A stretch of 64,000 bases of DNA from the sequence record KX397371.1; one strand, written 5' to 3'. The stretch's first letter is position 1. Every line of letters begins with the position of its first letter. The notes beneath the pieces are model-generated. The model worked only from the letters and a program-made list of their open reading frames with translations, did not search any database and was not told the DNA's origin. A program made the position numbers and the translations under genes. Below are positions 9,396 through 17,875 of this stretch, piece after piece.

Positions 9396-11708
9396 ATGAA
9401 AGAAACTCGAATCTCCAATCTGGAGCGACTGATTGAGCAAGGCAACACTCTGGTTGCTAACTCAGCGGTTGGCACCACCACTGCGGATCTGTGGAAAACT
9501 GTTGCAGTTGGCGAATCTGTTCGTAGTAACGCACATGCATTCTCTACCGCTGTAAATAGCGCTGGCCAGGCATATGCTGCTGTGTACGGCGGTAAGCCAA
9601 TGTCGCACGCGGCACAGGTTGCTTCTGCCATGATTCTTTCTGCCATGGGCAACGAAGAAGAGTTCATGTCCAAGCCTGCTCGCGAATCTTCCGACAAGCG
9701 CTGGAACAACTACATGGAAGTTGCCATTCCTGGCCAAGCTTCCCTGAACGCTGACTACGGTAAAACGCCGCTGGTTGCGACTGAATACTACACCAACAAA
9801 GATCTGGACAAAAACCTGGGTCTGACTTGGACTCTGAACGTCCGCGCGCTGGAAACCCAGTCTGCGTTCGCTGAGAAACTGTTCCCGACCATCACTGTTG
9901 ACACCAACGACGTTGGTATCACCGTGCGTACCAAAATCACCACCGTAACCCGTGGTATTCTGAACGCGCTGCTGGCGAAAGACAGCGTCATCGACGATCG
10001 TAAACCGCTGCACAACGCACTGACCGACCACACCGTGCTGCAAGACGATGCTATCCGCATCGTGCCGTACGTGATGGAAGACGGCGACAACGCCGAATAC
10101 TTCGTGAGCGATGACATCATCGAAAACGAAACTGTGCGTCTGGGCCGTGTGCCGCCGTACCCGACTAACTATCTGGACATCAGCAAGCTGAAAGGCAACC
10201 TGTTCCGTCTGGCAGCACATCCGGGTATCGTAGCTGAAGGTTACGACGAAACTGACGAAATCGCGCCGGGTGCTGCACTGGGCTCGCTGCTGGTTTCTGT
10301 CCGTAAGCCGGGCGACGATGTGAAGGCTGGTAAGAAAATCATCCTGAACACTCGCGACATGCAGTTTGCAAGCTTCCAGCGTCCTCCTGAAGGTGACGGT
10401 CGTGAGCTGGTCCTCCAGTTCCGTCGTACTCAGTTCGCGCTGAACGGCGACTCTCTGGATTACAAAGGCGACGACATCCCTGCGCTGTCTGCCCTGAAAC
10501 AGAGCAAGTACACCCTGCGCTACGTGATCAACATCACCATGAGCCTGTTCACCAACGGTCAGCGCTCCGGCCAGTACGAAATCAGCGGTGCCAACCTGTC
10601 TATCGAAGACCTGGTTGATGCAACTGGTGCAGAAGTGTCGATGGATTCCGGTATCGGTAAAACCATCATGGACAACCTGAAAATCGAACTGCTGGGCTGG
10701 CGCTTCGACGGTACTCGTACCAACGAGAACCGGAGAACTCAGGGCCTGCTGCTGGACCCGGTCTGGGAACAAGAGAACTACAAGCTGCAATACGGTTCTC
10801 CGATCATGACCAAACAGCCGGTTGGTGTTGAATACGACGACGCTGAACGTCTGGATGACCTGGTGTCTGCGGTTAACATCCGTAACGAAATGCTGGCCAT
10901 CACGCAGACCCTGTCTTACACCGATGCGGTTAAGCAGGCGAAAGCAACTATGGTTACGCAGTGGGATAAAACTGCTATCCGCGGTCTGGGTCGCCACTGG
11001 GTCGCTCCGTGGTACGAAGAAGTTGACTTCAACGTTGACAAAATCGTCCAGTCTCTGGAAACCAAAGATGCGCTGATCAACGCCCGTCAGGCGCTGCTGC
11101 AACGTATCGCTGACCAGGTAACTCGCGCTATCCAGGATAGCCGTTACATGCCTGCTCTGCGTCTGTTGACTGCAAACCCGCAAGCTGTACCGAAAGTTGT
11201 GATTGCAACTGACGAACCTACTGCTGCAATGCTGCTGCTGCAAGTTGGTGAAACTCGCCTGCTGGGCGACCGTTACGACTACGAAGTTGTGACCACCAAC
11301 GATGACCGCTGGCGCATCAAGAACGAGGCTGACGGTTCTTGGACTCGTCGTCTGCAATGGGTTCTGAAAGTTGACGGTGTTGAAGAAGGTTCTTACTGTG
11401 TTCTGAACTGGGGTAACCACTTCTGGTCTCCGATCATGGTAACCAACATCAACATCCAGCGTAACGGTTCTACCAGCAAAGAACTTGCTGTGCAGCCTCG
11501 TAACGCGCACATCTGCCACTGCCCGATCACTGGTCTGATCTGGGTTAAAGGTATCACCAAACTGGTTGAGCAGAAACTGGCTTACAACGTTGTTACCACT
11601 CAGAGTGGCGACGGCGCAACCGCAGGCGGCAACGCAGGCGATGTAGCTGGTGATGCTGGTGCTACCACTCAGAGCGCTGGTACTTCTACCACTGCTCCGA
11701 AAAGCTAA
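9396..11708 (+). CDS. Major capsid protein (phiKZ gp120 / SPN3US gp75-like)
   Basis: 770 aa, strongest codon bias in the window, ATE at residues 128-130 matching an A-X-E prohead-protease site, strong terminator, helicase-X-MCP synteny. Confidence 0.9.
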   Translation: MKETRISNLERLIEQGNTLVANSAVGTTTADLWKTVAVGESVRSNAHAFSTAVNSAGQAYAAVYGGKPMSHAAQVASAMILSAMGNEEEFMSKPARESSDKRWNNYMEVAIPGQASLNADYGKTPLVATEYYTNKDLDKNLGLTWTLNVRALETQSAFAEKLFPTITVDTNDVGITVRTKITTVTRGILNALLAKDSVIDDRKPLHNALTDHTVLQDDAIRIVPYVMEDGDNAEYFVSDDIIENETVRLGRVPPYPTNYLDISKLKGNLFRLAAHPGIVAEGYDETDEIAPGAALGSLLVSVRKPGDDVKAGKKIILNTRDMQFASFQRPPEGDGRELVLQFRRTQFALNGDSLDYKGDDIPALSALKQSKYTLRYVINITMSLFTNGQRSGQYEISGANLSIEDLVDATGAEVSMDSGIGKTIMDNLKIELLGWRFDGTRTNENRRTQGLLLDPVWEQENYKLQYGSPIMTKQPVGVEYDDAERLDDLVSAVNIRNEMLAITQTLSYTDAVKQAKATMVTQWDKTAIRGLGRHWVAPWYEEVDFNVDKIVQSLETKDALINARQALLQRIADQVTRAIQDSRYMPALRLLTANPQAVPKVVIATDEPTAAMLLLQVGETRLLGDRYDYEVVTTNDDRWRIKNEADGSWTRRLQWVLKVDGVEEGSYCVLNWGNHFWSPIMVTNINIQRNGSTSKELAVQPRNAHICHCPITGLIWVKGITKLVEQKLAYNVVTTQSGDGATAGGNAGDVAGDAGATTQSAGTSTTAPKS

Positions 11709-11729
11709 GCCTTAGGCTAACGCGGAATA

Positions 11730-11751
11730 CCCTACTCCTTCGGGAGTAGGG
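11730..11751 (+). terminator. Intrinsic terminator, core identical to those at 40378 and 52774
   Basis: CCCTACTCC-TTCG-GGAGTAGGG plus long T tract. Confidence 0.9.
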
Positions 11752-11776
11752 TTTTTCTTTTTTTGTTTAAATTTTT

Positions 11777-11799
11777 TGAGATAGATATTATCTAAGGGA
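11777..11799 (+). promoter_or_regulatory. Putative early promoter
   Basis: TGAGATAGATATTATCTAAGGGA, a motif variant directly after the terminator. Confidence 0.7.
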
Positions 11800-11833
11800 A
11801 GCAACAACCTTTTCATTTATAAGGAGTATTATC

Positions 11834-12586
11834 GTGGATATCGATTCGTTACCGGTAGTTGAGTTTACTGGCGTGAGTAGCGTCGTTCCCGTTTTCGATG
11901 GACGTGGGTACCTTGTCACCTTTCGAAACGAGGCTAGTCACCGGACGTGGTTGAATTTGGCAAGTATTAAGAAACCCATCTACATGAGCTGTGATGCCCA
12001 CGCGGCATTGCTAGCCTACATTGCACAACAGAAGAAGAACGCAGAGAAAAATACCGGTTGGGGCTACAGTTCCGACTACCTGATACTCGGGAATGTTCGT
12101 TTTAGCTCTGCGCACTTTAACCACGTTTACAATCGTAACGATGAGCGTATCGGTTATCTTACCGATCTGTACGTAGCGCTGGCATCTGGATTAACATTGA
12201 ACACCCAGTACGATTGGCAGCCTGTACCGTGGGATTGTGATGGGACTGTGATATCCCCGTCTACGCGTCCAGATACACCGTTGTTGGTCGCCGCCGATCA
12301 GGGAATGGTGTCCTACCTACGCAAAGAGTTCGTTGAATCACCACATGGCCACCACCGTATACGTGGGTTGTTTATGGAACGGAATTACCGCGAGATGGAG
12401 AGTCCGGTTGTTGAAACCGATACGTCGTTCATCGAGATTGCCGATCGCCTCCACGGAATTGCCACCACGGCAACGTTCCCCAATGAGGGTTATCAACTTT
12501 CCGTTGAGCTTGGTTTGGGTAAACTCGAACTTGCTAAACTGAGCAAAAACAAGATATTGAAAATGGCGTATGCGCTGATGCCGTAA
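11834..12586 (+). CDS. Hypothetical early protein
   Basis: AAGGAG RBS, GTG start, 250 aa. Confidence 0.8.
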   Translation: MDIDSLPVVEFTGVSSVVPVFDGRGYLVTFRNEASHRTWLNLASIKKPIYMSCDAHAALLAYIAQQKKNAEKNTGWGYSSDYLILGNVRFSSAHFNHVYNRNDERIGYLTDLYVALASGLTLNTQYDWQPVPWDCDGTVISPSTRPDTPLLVAADQGMVSYLRKEFVESPHGHHRIRGLFMERNYREMESPVVETDTSFIEIADRLHGIATTATFPNEGYQLSVELGLGKLELAKLSKNKILKMAYALMP

Positions 12587-12637
12587 CATTTTTACGCCAG
12601 AGGCATAGCCTATGTGCCTCTTTGAATCCACGCATTC

Positions 12638-12660
12638 TGAGATAGATATTATCTCTGTGA
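12638..12660 (+). promoter_or_regulatory. Putative early promoter for the nvRNAP operon
   Basis: TGAGATAGATATTATCTCTGTGA. Confidence 0.7.
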
Positions 12661-12693
12661 ATTGACGATTGGTTTTAAAGCTGGAAGTAAATA

Positions 12694-13785
12694 ATGAAAC
12701 GACATAATCTAGATATCGCACCGGTTATCTCGAAGAAGCCTATTCGGCATAACGCCCTTAGGAAAACCTTCACTTACGAGAACAACACCGGCACGCCAGT
12801 CTACGTTACGGATTCAACAGGGTCGTACATTATCATTGAGCCCAAGAGAAATGTTATCTCGCCGAACGCTATCGTGGTGTATGTCACGTACAGCATTCCG
12901 GCGGGAATGGCAAATCTCATTGGTATCGCAGACACCCTACCTGCGGCTGTCTATCAGAATCTGTGTCGTGAGCTGGATAGATTCGGTGAATCCACCTTGA
13001 TGTACATCGTGGAAGATCCCGTACCCATTTTACGTGGAGAAGCTATTGTATTGGAGAACCTGGGGTTATCCTTCTCGGTTCGCCCATTAGAATTAGATAA
13101 GACACCTGTTCATCGCAATGGCCAAGCGACGGAACTGACGTTAGGTATTGTTGTAGTGCAGCGCCACGATGACACACGCGTAATAAAGTGGGTGCGGTAT
13201 TACAACACGATGGTTCAGGTGGTTCCAATCAAGGCGAAGTTTTACGAGCCGGGAATGTATCTGGTGATGATGAGTGGAGATATTGTAGAAGGAAGTCGAC
13301 TGTTACATTTCGACTTCGATGACCCAATGTCGCCGATGCGGGGGTTTGAAACAGAAGAAGCAGCTCGCCAGTTCAGGTGGGTTACGGATGCTGTTCCTGC
13401 ATTAACTGATCTTAGAAACAAACTCGAAGCGCAAATCGCCGCCAACGACTTGTCTCATGCCCAACACAAGCAACAGTTAGATGTTGAGCATAGACGCAAG
13501 CTTAACGAAATGACAATCGAACGGGAGCAACAGGCCGCCCTCTTCAGGGAACTGGAGATGAAGGTTAAACAGCGAGCAGAAGAACGAAAAGACAGCTTTG
13601 ATGAACGGTCTACATTACGTAAAGACCATTACGACGAACGGTCGACTGTCAGGAAAGACCAATCGGATGAACGTAAGGAACATTACGAAAACCGTTCACA
13701 GACACGTAAAGACGCGTCTGAAACATTGAAAGCTATCCCGGCGATATTAGCAGCGGGGGTGGCTATCGTAGCGATGCTTATGTGA
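12694..13785 (+). CDS. Hypothetical protein with C-terminal charged RKD repeats and terminal hydrophobic anchor
   Basis: RKDSFDERSTL/RKDHYDERSTV/RKDQSDE/RKEHYENRSQT repeats, then AIPAILAAGVAIVAMLM-stop. Confidence 0.75.
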   Translation: MKRHNLDIAPVISKKPIRHNALRKTFTYENNTGTPVYVTDSTGSYIIIEPKRNVISPNAIVVYVTYSIPAGMANLIGIADTLPAAVYQNLCRELDRFGESTLMYIVEDPVPILRGEAIVLENLGLSFSVRPLELDKTPVHRNGQATELTLGIVVVQRHDDTRVIKWVRYYNTMVQVVPIKAKFYEPGMYLVMMSGDIVEGSRLLHFDFDDPMSPMRGFETEEAARQFRWVTDAVPALTDLRNKLEAQIAANDLSHAQHKQQLDVEHRRKLNEMTIEREQQAALFRELEMKVKQRAEERKDSFDERSTLRKDHYDERSTVRKDQSDERKEHYENRSQTRKDASETLKAIPAILAAGVAIVAMLM

Positions 13786-13798
13786 GAGGAGAGAATGT

Positions 13799-15568
13799 GT
13801 GTTTGCAGATGCGATAAAAGAGTTAAAGGCGTCCGGTAAGATTGTTCCCTTTAACCGCGCAGTGGCAGAAGGCGTCGGCTATGCACAAGCAAAAGATGGT
13901 ATCCATGAACGGGTGTACGGGATTCTGAAACGCGAACTCACGTACGATGCAGAAACCAACCCAAGATTGCCCATCGGGTTAGCGGTGCAACAATATCGTT
14001 TCATGTCACCATTCGAAGCCTTTATCTTTAAGGTGGCAAAGGCAGACAATCGTCAAGCACGGGGACGTGCACCGGTCTCCATTGCCAGAACCGATCAGTA
14101 TATGATCATGGCCAACATCCGTATTCCGGGAGAGAACAGACTTACTGCACGTCCGATGTATCTGCCGTTTATACGTCGCGGTGGACTGATGTACTCGTGG
14201 GGTACTTTGTACCATGTTGCGCCGGTGATTCACCAACCGGGTATCTGTCGCGAGCACGGCGGTATCTTCATTAACTTCGACTTCACCCGTAAAGTCTCAC
14301 TGAAATTCTGTAAGCACTCAGTGAAGATTCTGGTTAACGGGAAAAAGGAGGAAATCTTCCTGCCGGGTACATCGAACCTCTACGTCCCTAAAACGACGCA
14401 GGGACAAGATTCCGATGAGAAGCCTCTGTTGTATTGGTTGTTCGGTAAGTACGGCTTTAAAGAAGCTGTAGAGCGTTATACGGGCGCACGCGTTGCCATT
14501 TGGCCATCGTACAATCTCAAGTCTATTGATTTGGATAAATACGTGGTGGTGCAATCGGGTGAACCGCAACTGGGTAAAAACATCCAGTATGCGATTGTTG
14601 TCCGTCGCGAAGATTTACCGAGCACCGAGAAGTCGCGCTGGGATCAGAACGAACACATGCTGTTGGCGATGTGTGCAGCTTTCTACAAAGCAGCGCATTT
14701 CTACGCAGGCCGTCGTACTGGTCGGAGTCAGCAACGTAACGCATTGGCACCTCTGTTCACCTCTATCAACGAATTCGATGTTGATGGTGACATTGCCAAC
14801 CTGAACTCTAAGGATATCTGGAAGGAGATTCTGGGACGCAGTATTCAGGGTACGAAGCCTTCTGATGTGGATTTGCTGCGAAGCATGAACAGCCACTTCA
14901 TGGAGTGTGAGCGTTATGTGAACAACACGTTCCGTGCCGAACTCATGGCGGTGGACCCGGACATCGATCCAGAGATGGATATGTTCGACTTCCTGTACTA
15001 CACCACCAAGATGATGGTTCGCACACGTTTGACCAAGCAGGATGATTTCTCGTCCATGTACGGCAAACGCTTAACCGTTACCGATTACCTGTTGCTGGCA
15101 CCAAAAGGTTTCACCAGTACGATCTCCAACATCCGTTGGCGGTTGAGTCAGCTGGAGAACCGGACAGCCGAAAGTTGCCACGAAACCATTCGTGATGAGT
15201 TGAACAAGAAGATTGTACCTAACCTTGTCTGCCGTGGTATCACGTCGAACGGGGGCATCAACTTCTTCAATGCATCTACTGAATCGATGGTACTGGCGGT
15301 CTCTACGCACGCAATTGGTCAGACGGAAACAGACAGTAAACGCGGTAAGAAAGGTAAGACCGTTAACCTTAACGACCGTACCAAACACGCTTCGGCGTCG
15401 CATCTTGAATGTGGCAACGTACACTTCATTCCGAAGTCTGCCCCGTTCAAGTCTAACATCCTCAATGCATATATGGTGACCAGCCGCCAGCTTGTGATGA
15501 TGCGTAACCCGAAACTGAAGAAAGAAATCGAAGCCGCCGAGATTGACATCGCGCAAATCGGCCGATAA
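13799..15568 (+). CDS. Non-virion RNA polymerase beta subunit, N-terminal part (phiKZ gp123-like)
   Basis: 589 aa, PMYLPFI...HVAPV motif region, LLYWLFGKYGF; position downstream of MCP as in phiKZ/SPN3US. Confidence 0.75.
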   Translation: MFADAIKELKASGKIVPFNRAVAEGVGYAQAKDGIHERVYGILKRELTYDAETNPRLPIGLAVQQYRFMSPFEAFIFKVAKADNRQARGRAPVSIARTDQYMIMANIRIPGENRLTARPMYLPFIRRGGLMYSWGTLYHVAPVIHQPGICREHGGIFINFDFTRKVSLKFCKHSVKILVNGKKEEIFLPGTSNLYVPKTTQGQDSDEKPLLYWLFGKYGFKEAVERYTGARVAIWPSYNLKSIDLDKYVVVQSGEPQLGKNIQYAIVVRREDLPSTEKSRWDQNEHMLLAMCAAFYKAAHFYAGRRTGRSQQRNALAPLFTSINEFDVDGDIANLNSKDIWKEILGRSIQGTKPSDVDLLRSMNSHFMECERYVNNTFRAELMAVDPDIDPEMDMFDFLYYTTKMMVRTRLTKQDDFSSMYGKRLTVTDYLLLAPKGFTSTISNIRWRLSQLENRTAESCHETIRDELNKKIVPNLVCRGITSNGGINFFNASTESMVLAVSTHAIGQTETDSKRGKKGKTVNLNDRTKHASASHLECGNVHFIPKSAPFKSNILNAYMVTSRQLVMMRNPKLKKEIEAAEIDIAQIGR

Positions 15569-15592
15569 GTATACTTTAAGGAGAATCATTTA

Positions 15593-17161
15593 ATGGCAAT
15601 TTCATCCAGTGCAGTCGTGAAAATCATCGAAAGTCGTTTAGCGGCTGGTAATGACACGACGCTTACTGCCATCAATCAGACCATCAGCGAACGTGGTATC
15701 AGTGCGCAAGATGCACTGGACATCGCTATCCAGATTGGTGACATACTCCTGGGTAAGGGCGTTGCTCAAGACAAGATTGTAGAGAACATTATTTCTGCGT
15801 ACAAAGCTGCTGCGTATCAGCTGTTGCAGAAAGCCGGTATCGCTTTCCAGAGCGACCCTGGCCTACACGAACGTCTGAACAAGTTCTTCCAAGAGGTGCG
15901 GGCCATGATCAAAGCCGCTGCCCAAAGTTCCACTGGAACCTTAGGTGGGCTGGTCGGTACCGCAATTCCGGGTGCAAGTTTGTCTGTTGCTCCAAGTGCG
16001 CCAGTGACGTCTTCCCCAATCGGTGATTTGGGTGGGATTCAAGTTGGTGATGGTATCCCCGTAACTCCGGCAGCTACCAGTCCGGGTCTTAGTGCAGTTA
16101 GTGCCGCGCCGCTTGAGGCGTTTGCAGAAACTCCCGCAGCCGCCAAAGCCGCTGCACCACAACAACCCGCGCCAAAGGTGAATCCCGTGTTAAACGCTCC
16201 GGTTAAACAGATTATCGAGGTAGAAGATTTGGAAACGTACGCAGAACATGAACTGTCAACGCCACGTACTCGCGTGTCGGTCAGTGCGAAAGATGCCAAT
16301 GAGAAAGTCAACGAGTTCCTGACCACCGGTAACTGGGTTGAACCACTGGCTGATCTCTTGGCTGGGAAAACCAATGCGGTGTATTACGCGGGCGCAGATA
16401 TTCTGGTGCGTGCTAACCGTGTCACTCGCCGTTATCTGGTTAACCCGACGAAAGATGCCGAGTTCGAAACGCGTATTGCGGAGTTCACTTCGCAGCACGA
16501 ATCTCAGCTGGCGCGTCTGGACGATCTCTATGGAATGGATGACCCTGAGAAAATCATCAATGCGGTAACCTCGGTTGTGCAGAAGATGAAAGAGAACTTC
16601 GTCTCCTTCTACACCGACATGCTGCGTGAAGGTGCGGCCTCTGAAATCGTGGCCTCCGAAGTAGCCCGCTTCACCAACGTTGCACTGGGCACCATGTCCA
16701 TTGCGGTACACAACGCACTGAGCCTCGGTACTAACCGCTGCCAGAGCATTCCAACCAATCCGAAGATTGAGCTGGAACGTAACATGGATGACCTGGAGTT
16801 CTTCTCTGACATCCTGTACCAGAAAACCGTTGGCGATAATGGCTACACCACGGAGCCGGATTTCTTCCGTGAGCTGTTCATGATGGTGGCCTCTTCCCTG
16901 CGTAAAGTTAATGTGCGCTACAGTTCTGGTGAACTGATCGTACGTCACGAAATCGCAGAGATTGTGATTCCGGGTAACTACCCAACCCTGAAACGCAATA
17001 ACGTGGTGGGTAAACATTCTCTGGGTGCAACGCACGACCCGGTGACCACCATCTTCGAAGAGTTCGTCCGTAACAAGCCAGAAGTGAACGTCATGCTGAA
17101 AGCCGATGAAAGTTATCTGCTGCTGAGCACTGGCGAAAACACTGCGCCGATTTATTACTAA
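15593..17161 (+). CDS. Conserved hypothetical protein with central Pro/Ala-rich linker
   Basis: 522 aa, AAGGAG RBS, terminator at 17173-17192. Confidence 0.8.
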   Translation: MAISSSAVVKIIESRLAAGNDTTLTAINQTISERGISAQDALDIAIQIGDILLGKGVAQDKIVENIISAYKAAAYQLLQKAGIAFQSDPGLHERLNKFFQEVRAMIKAAAQSSTGTLGGLVGTAIPGASLSVAPSAPVTSSPIGDLGGIQVGDGIPVTPAATSPGLSAVSAAPLEAFAETPAAAKAAAPQQPAPKVNPVLNAPVKQIIEVEDLETYAEHELSTPRTRVSVSAKDANEKVNEFLTTGNWVEPLADLLAGKTNAVYYAGADILVRANRVTRRYLVNPTKDAEFETRIAEFTSQHESQLARLDDLYGMDDPEKIINAVTSVVQKMKENFVSFYTDMLREGAASEIVASEVARFTNVALGTMSIAVHNALSLGTNRCQSIPTNPKIELERNMDDLEFFSDILYQKTVGDNGYTTEPDFFRELFMMVASSLRKVNVRYSSGELIVRHEIAEIVIPGNYPTLKRNNVVGKHSLGATHDPVTTIFEEFVRNKPEVNVMLKADESYLLLSTGENTAPIYY

Positions 17162-17221
17162 GTGAATCAAACAGGTGACCTTCGGGTCACCTTGTTTTAT
17201 TTTTTTAATCAGGAGAAAAAG

Positions 17222-17488
17222 ATGTTAACTGTCGATATTCTGAATCACGAAGGTAAGAAACTGTTTGACTTCGATCTGTCGGTGACGGGCGGAAAGGTAT
17301 TGGAATTCGCCAAAGCCTGTGATCGCAACGAAACAACGGCCATCAAGAACAAACGCAGCGTGCGTTATTCGATGGTGAAAAAAGAACTGGATGCGTGTTT
17401 ACGGGGAACATTAATTGCGCACCACTTAGCCCGCCTCAACTCCCTCGACCCCCATTTTACCTTCATTACTCACGATTATTATAGATAA
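17222..17488 (+). CDS. Hypothetical protein
   Basis: AGGAG RBS before ATG 17222. Confidence 0.75.
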   Translation: MLTVDILNHEGKKLFDFDLSVTGGKVLEFAKACDRNETTAIKNKRSVRYSMVKKELDACLRGTLIAHHLARLNSLDPHFTFITHDYYR

Positions 17489-17511
17489 CGTGATACACGC
17501 TGAGGTGTAAG

Positions 17512-17817
17512 ATGGTCAAGTTGCTTGTAATCGAGTTAAATCAGTACCGGGATGTGTTGCATCGGTTCGAGCTGCCTGACAATGTAGCGACTACCGCGTT
17601 CTTGGAACGCTTCCGTGGAACCAGAACAGCCATCTACAGTGGTCGTCGCTGGACAGTCTATTATAACGTGCGTGGTGCACTCACAGACGCGTTAACCGCA
17701 GGGAAGGTAAAGGAGACCACCGCATTTTTAAAAGCCTACGAGAAAGACCCACTGGCGATTGGTATCATGCTGGCCGAGAAAGAACAGATCGGTCGTCCTG
17801 CCCAACCGGACGAATAA
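17512..17817 (+). CDS. Hypothetical protein
   Basis: GAGG RBS, 101 aa. Confidence 0.75.
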   Translation: MVKLLVIELNQYRDVLHRFELPDNVATTAFLERFRGTRTAIYSGRRWTVYYNVRGALTDALTAGKVKETTAFLKAYEKDPLAIGIMLAEKEQIGRPAQPDE

Positions 17818-17826
17818 AAAAGAGCA

Positions 17827-17852
17827 AACTCCTACCCGTAAAGGTAGGAGTT
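17827..17852. terminator. Bidirectional terminator between convergent genes
   Basis: AACTCCTACC-cgtaaa-GGTAGGAGTT. Confidence 0.7.
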
Positions 17853-17875
17853 GTGCTGCTTATTTTTTTTGCTAT

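Noticed and set aside
9462-11519. 685-aa antisense ORF inside the MCP gene
   Set aside because: It mirrors the sense codon frame. Strong codon bias removes antisense stops, and there is no RBS or recognisable motif.
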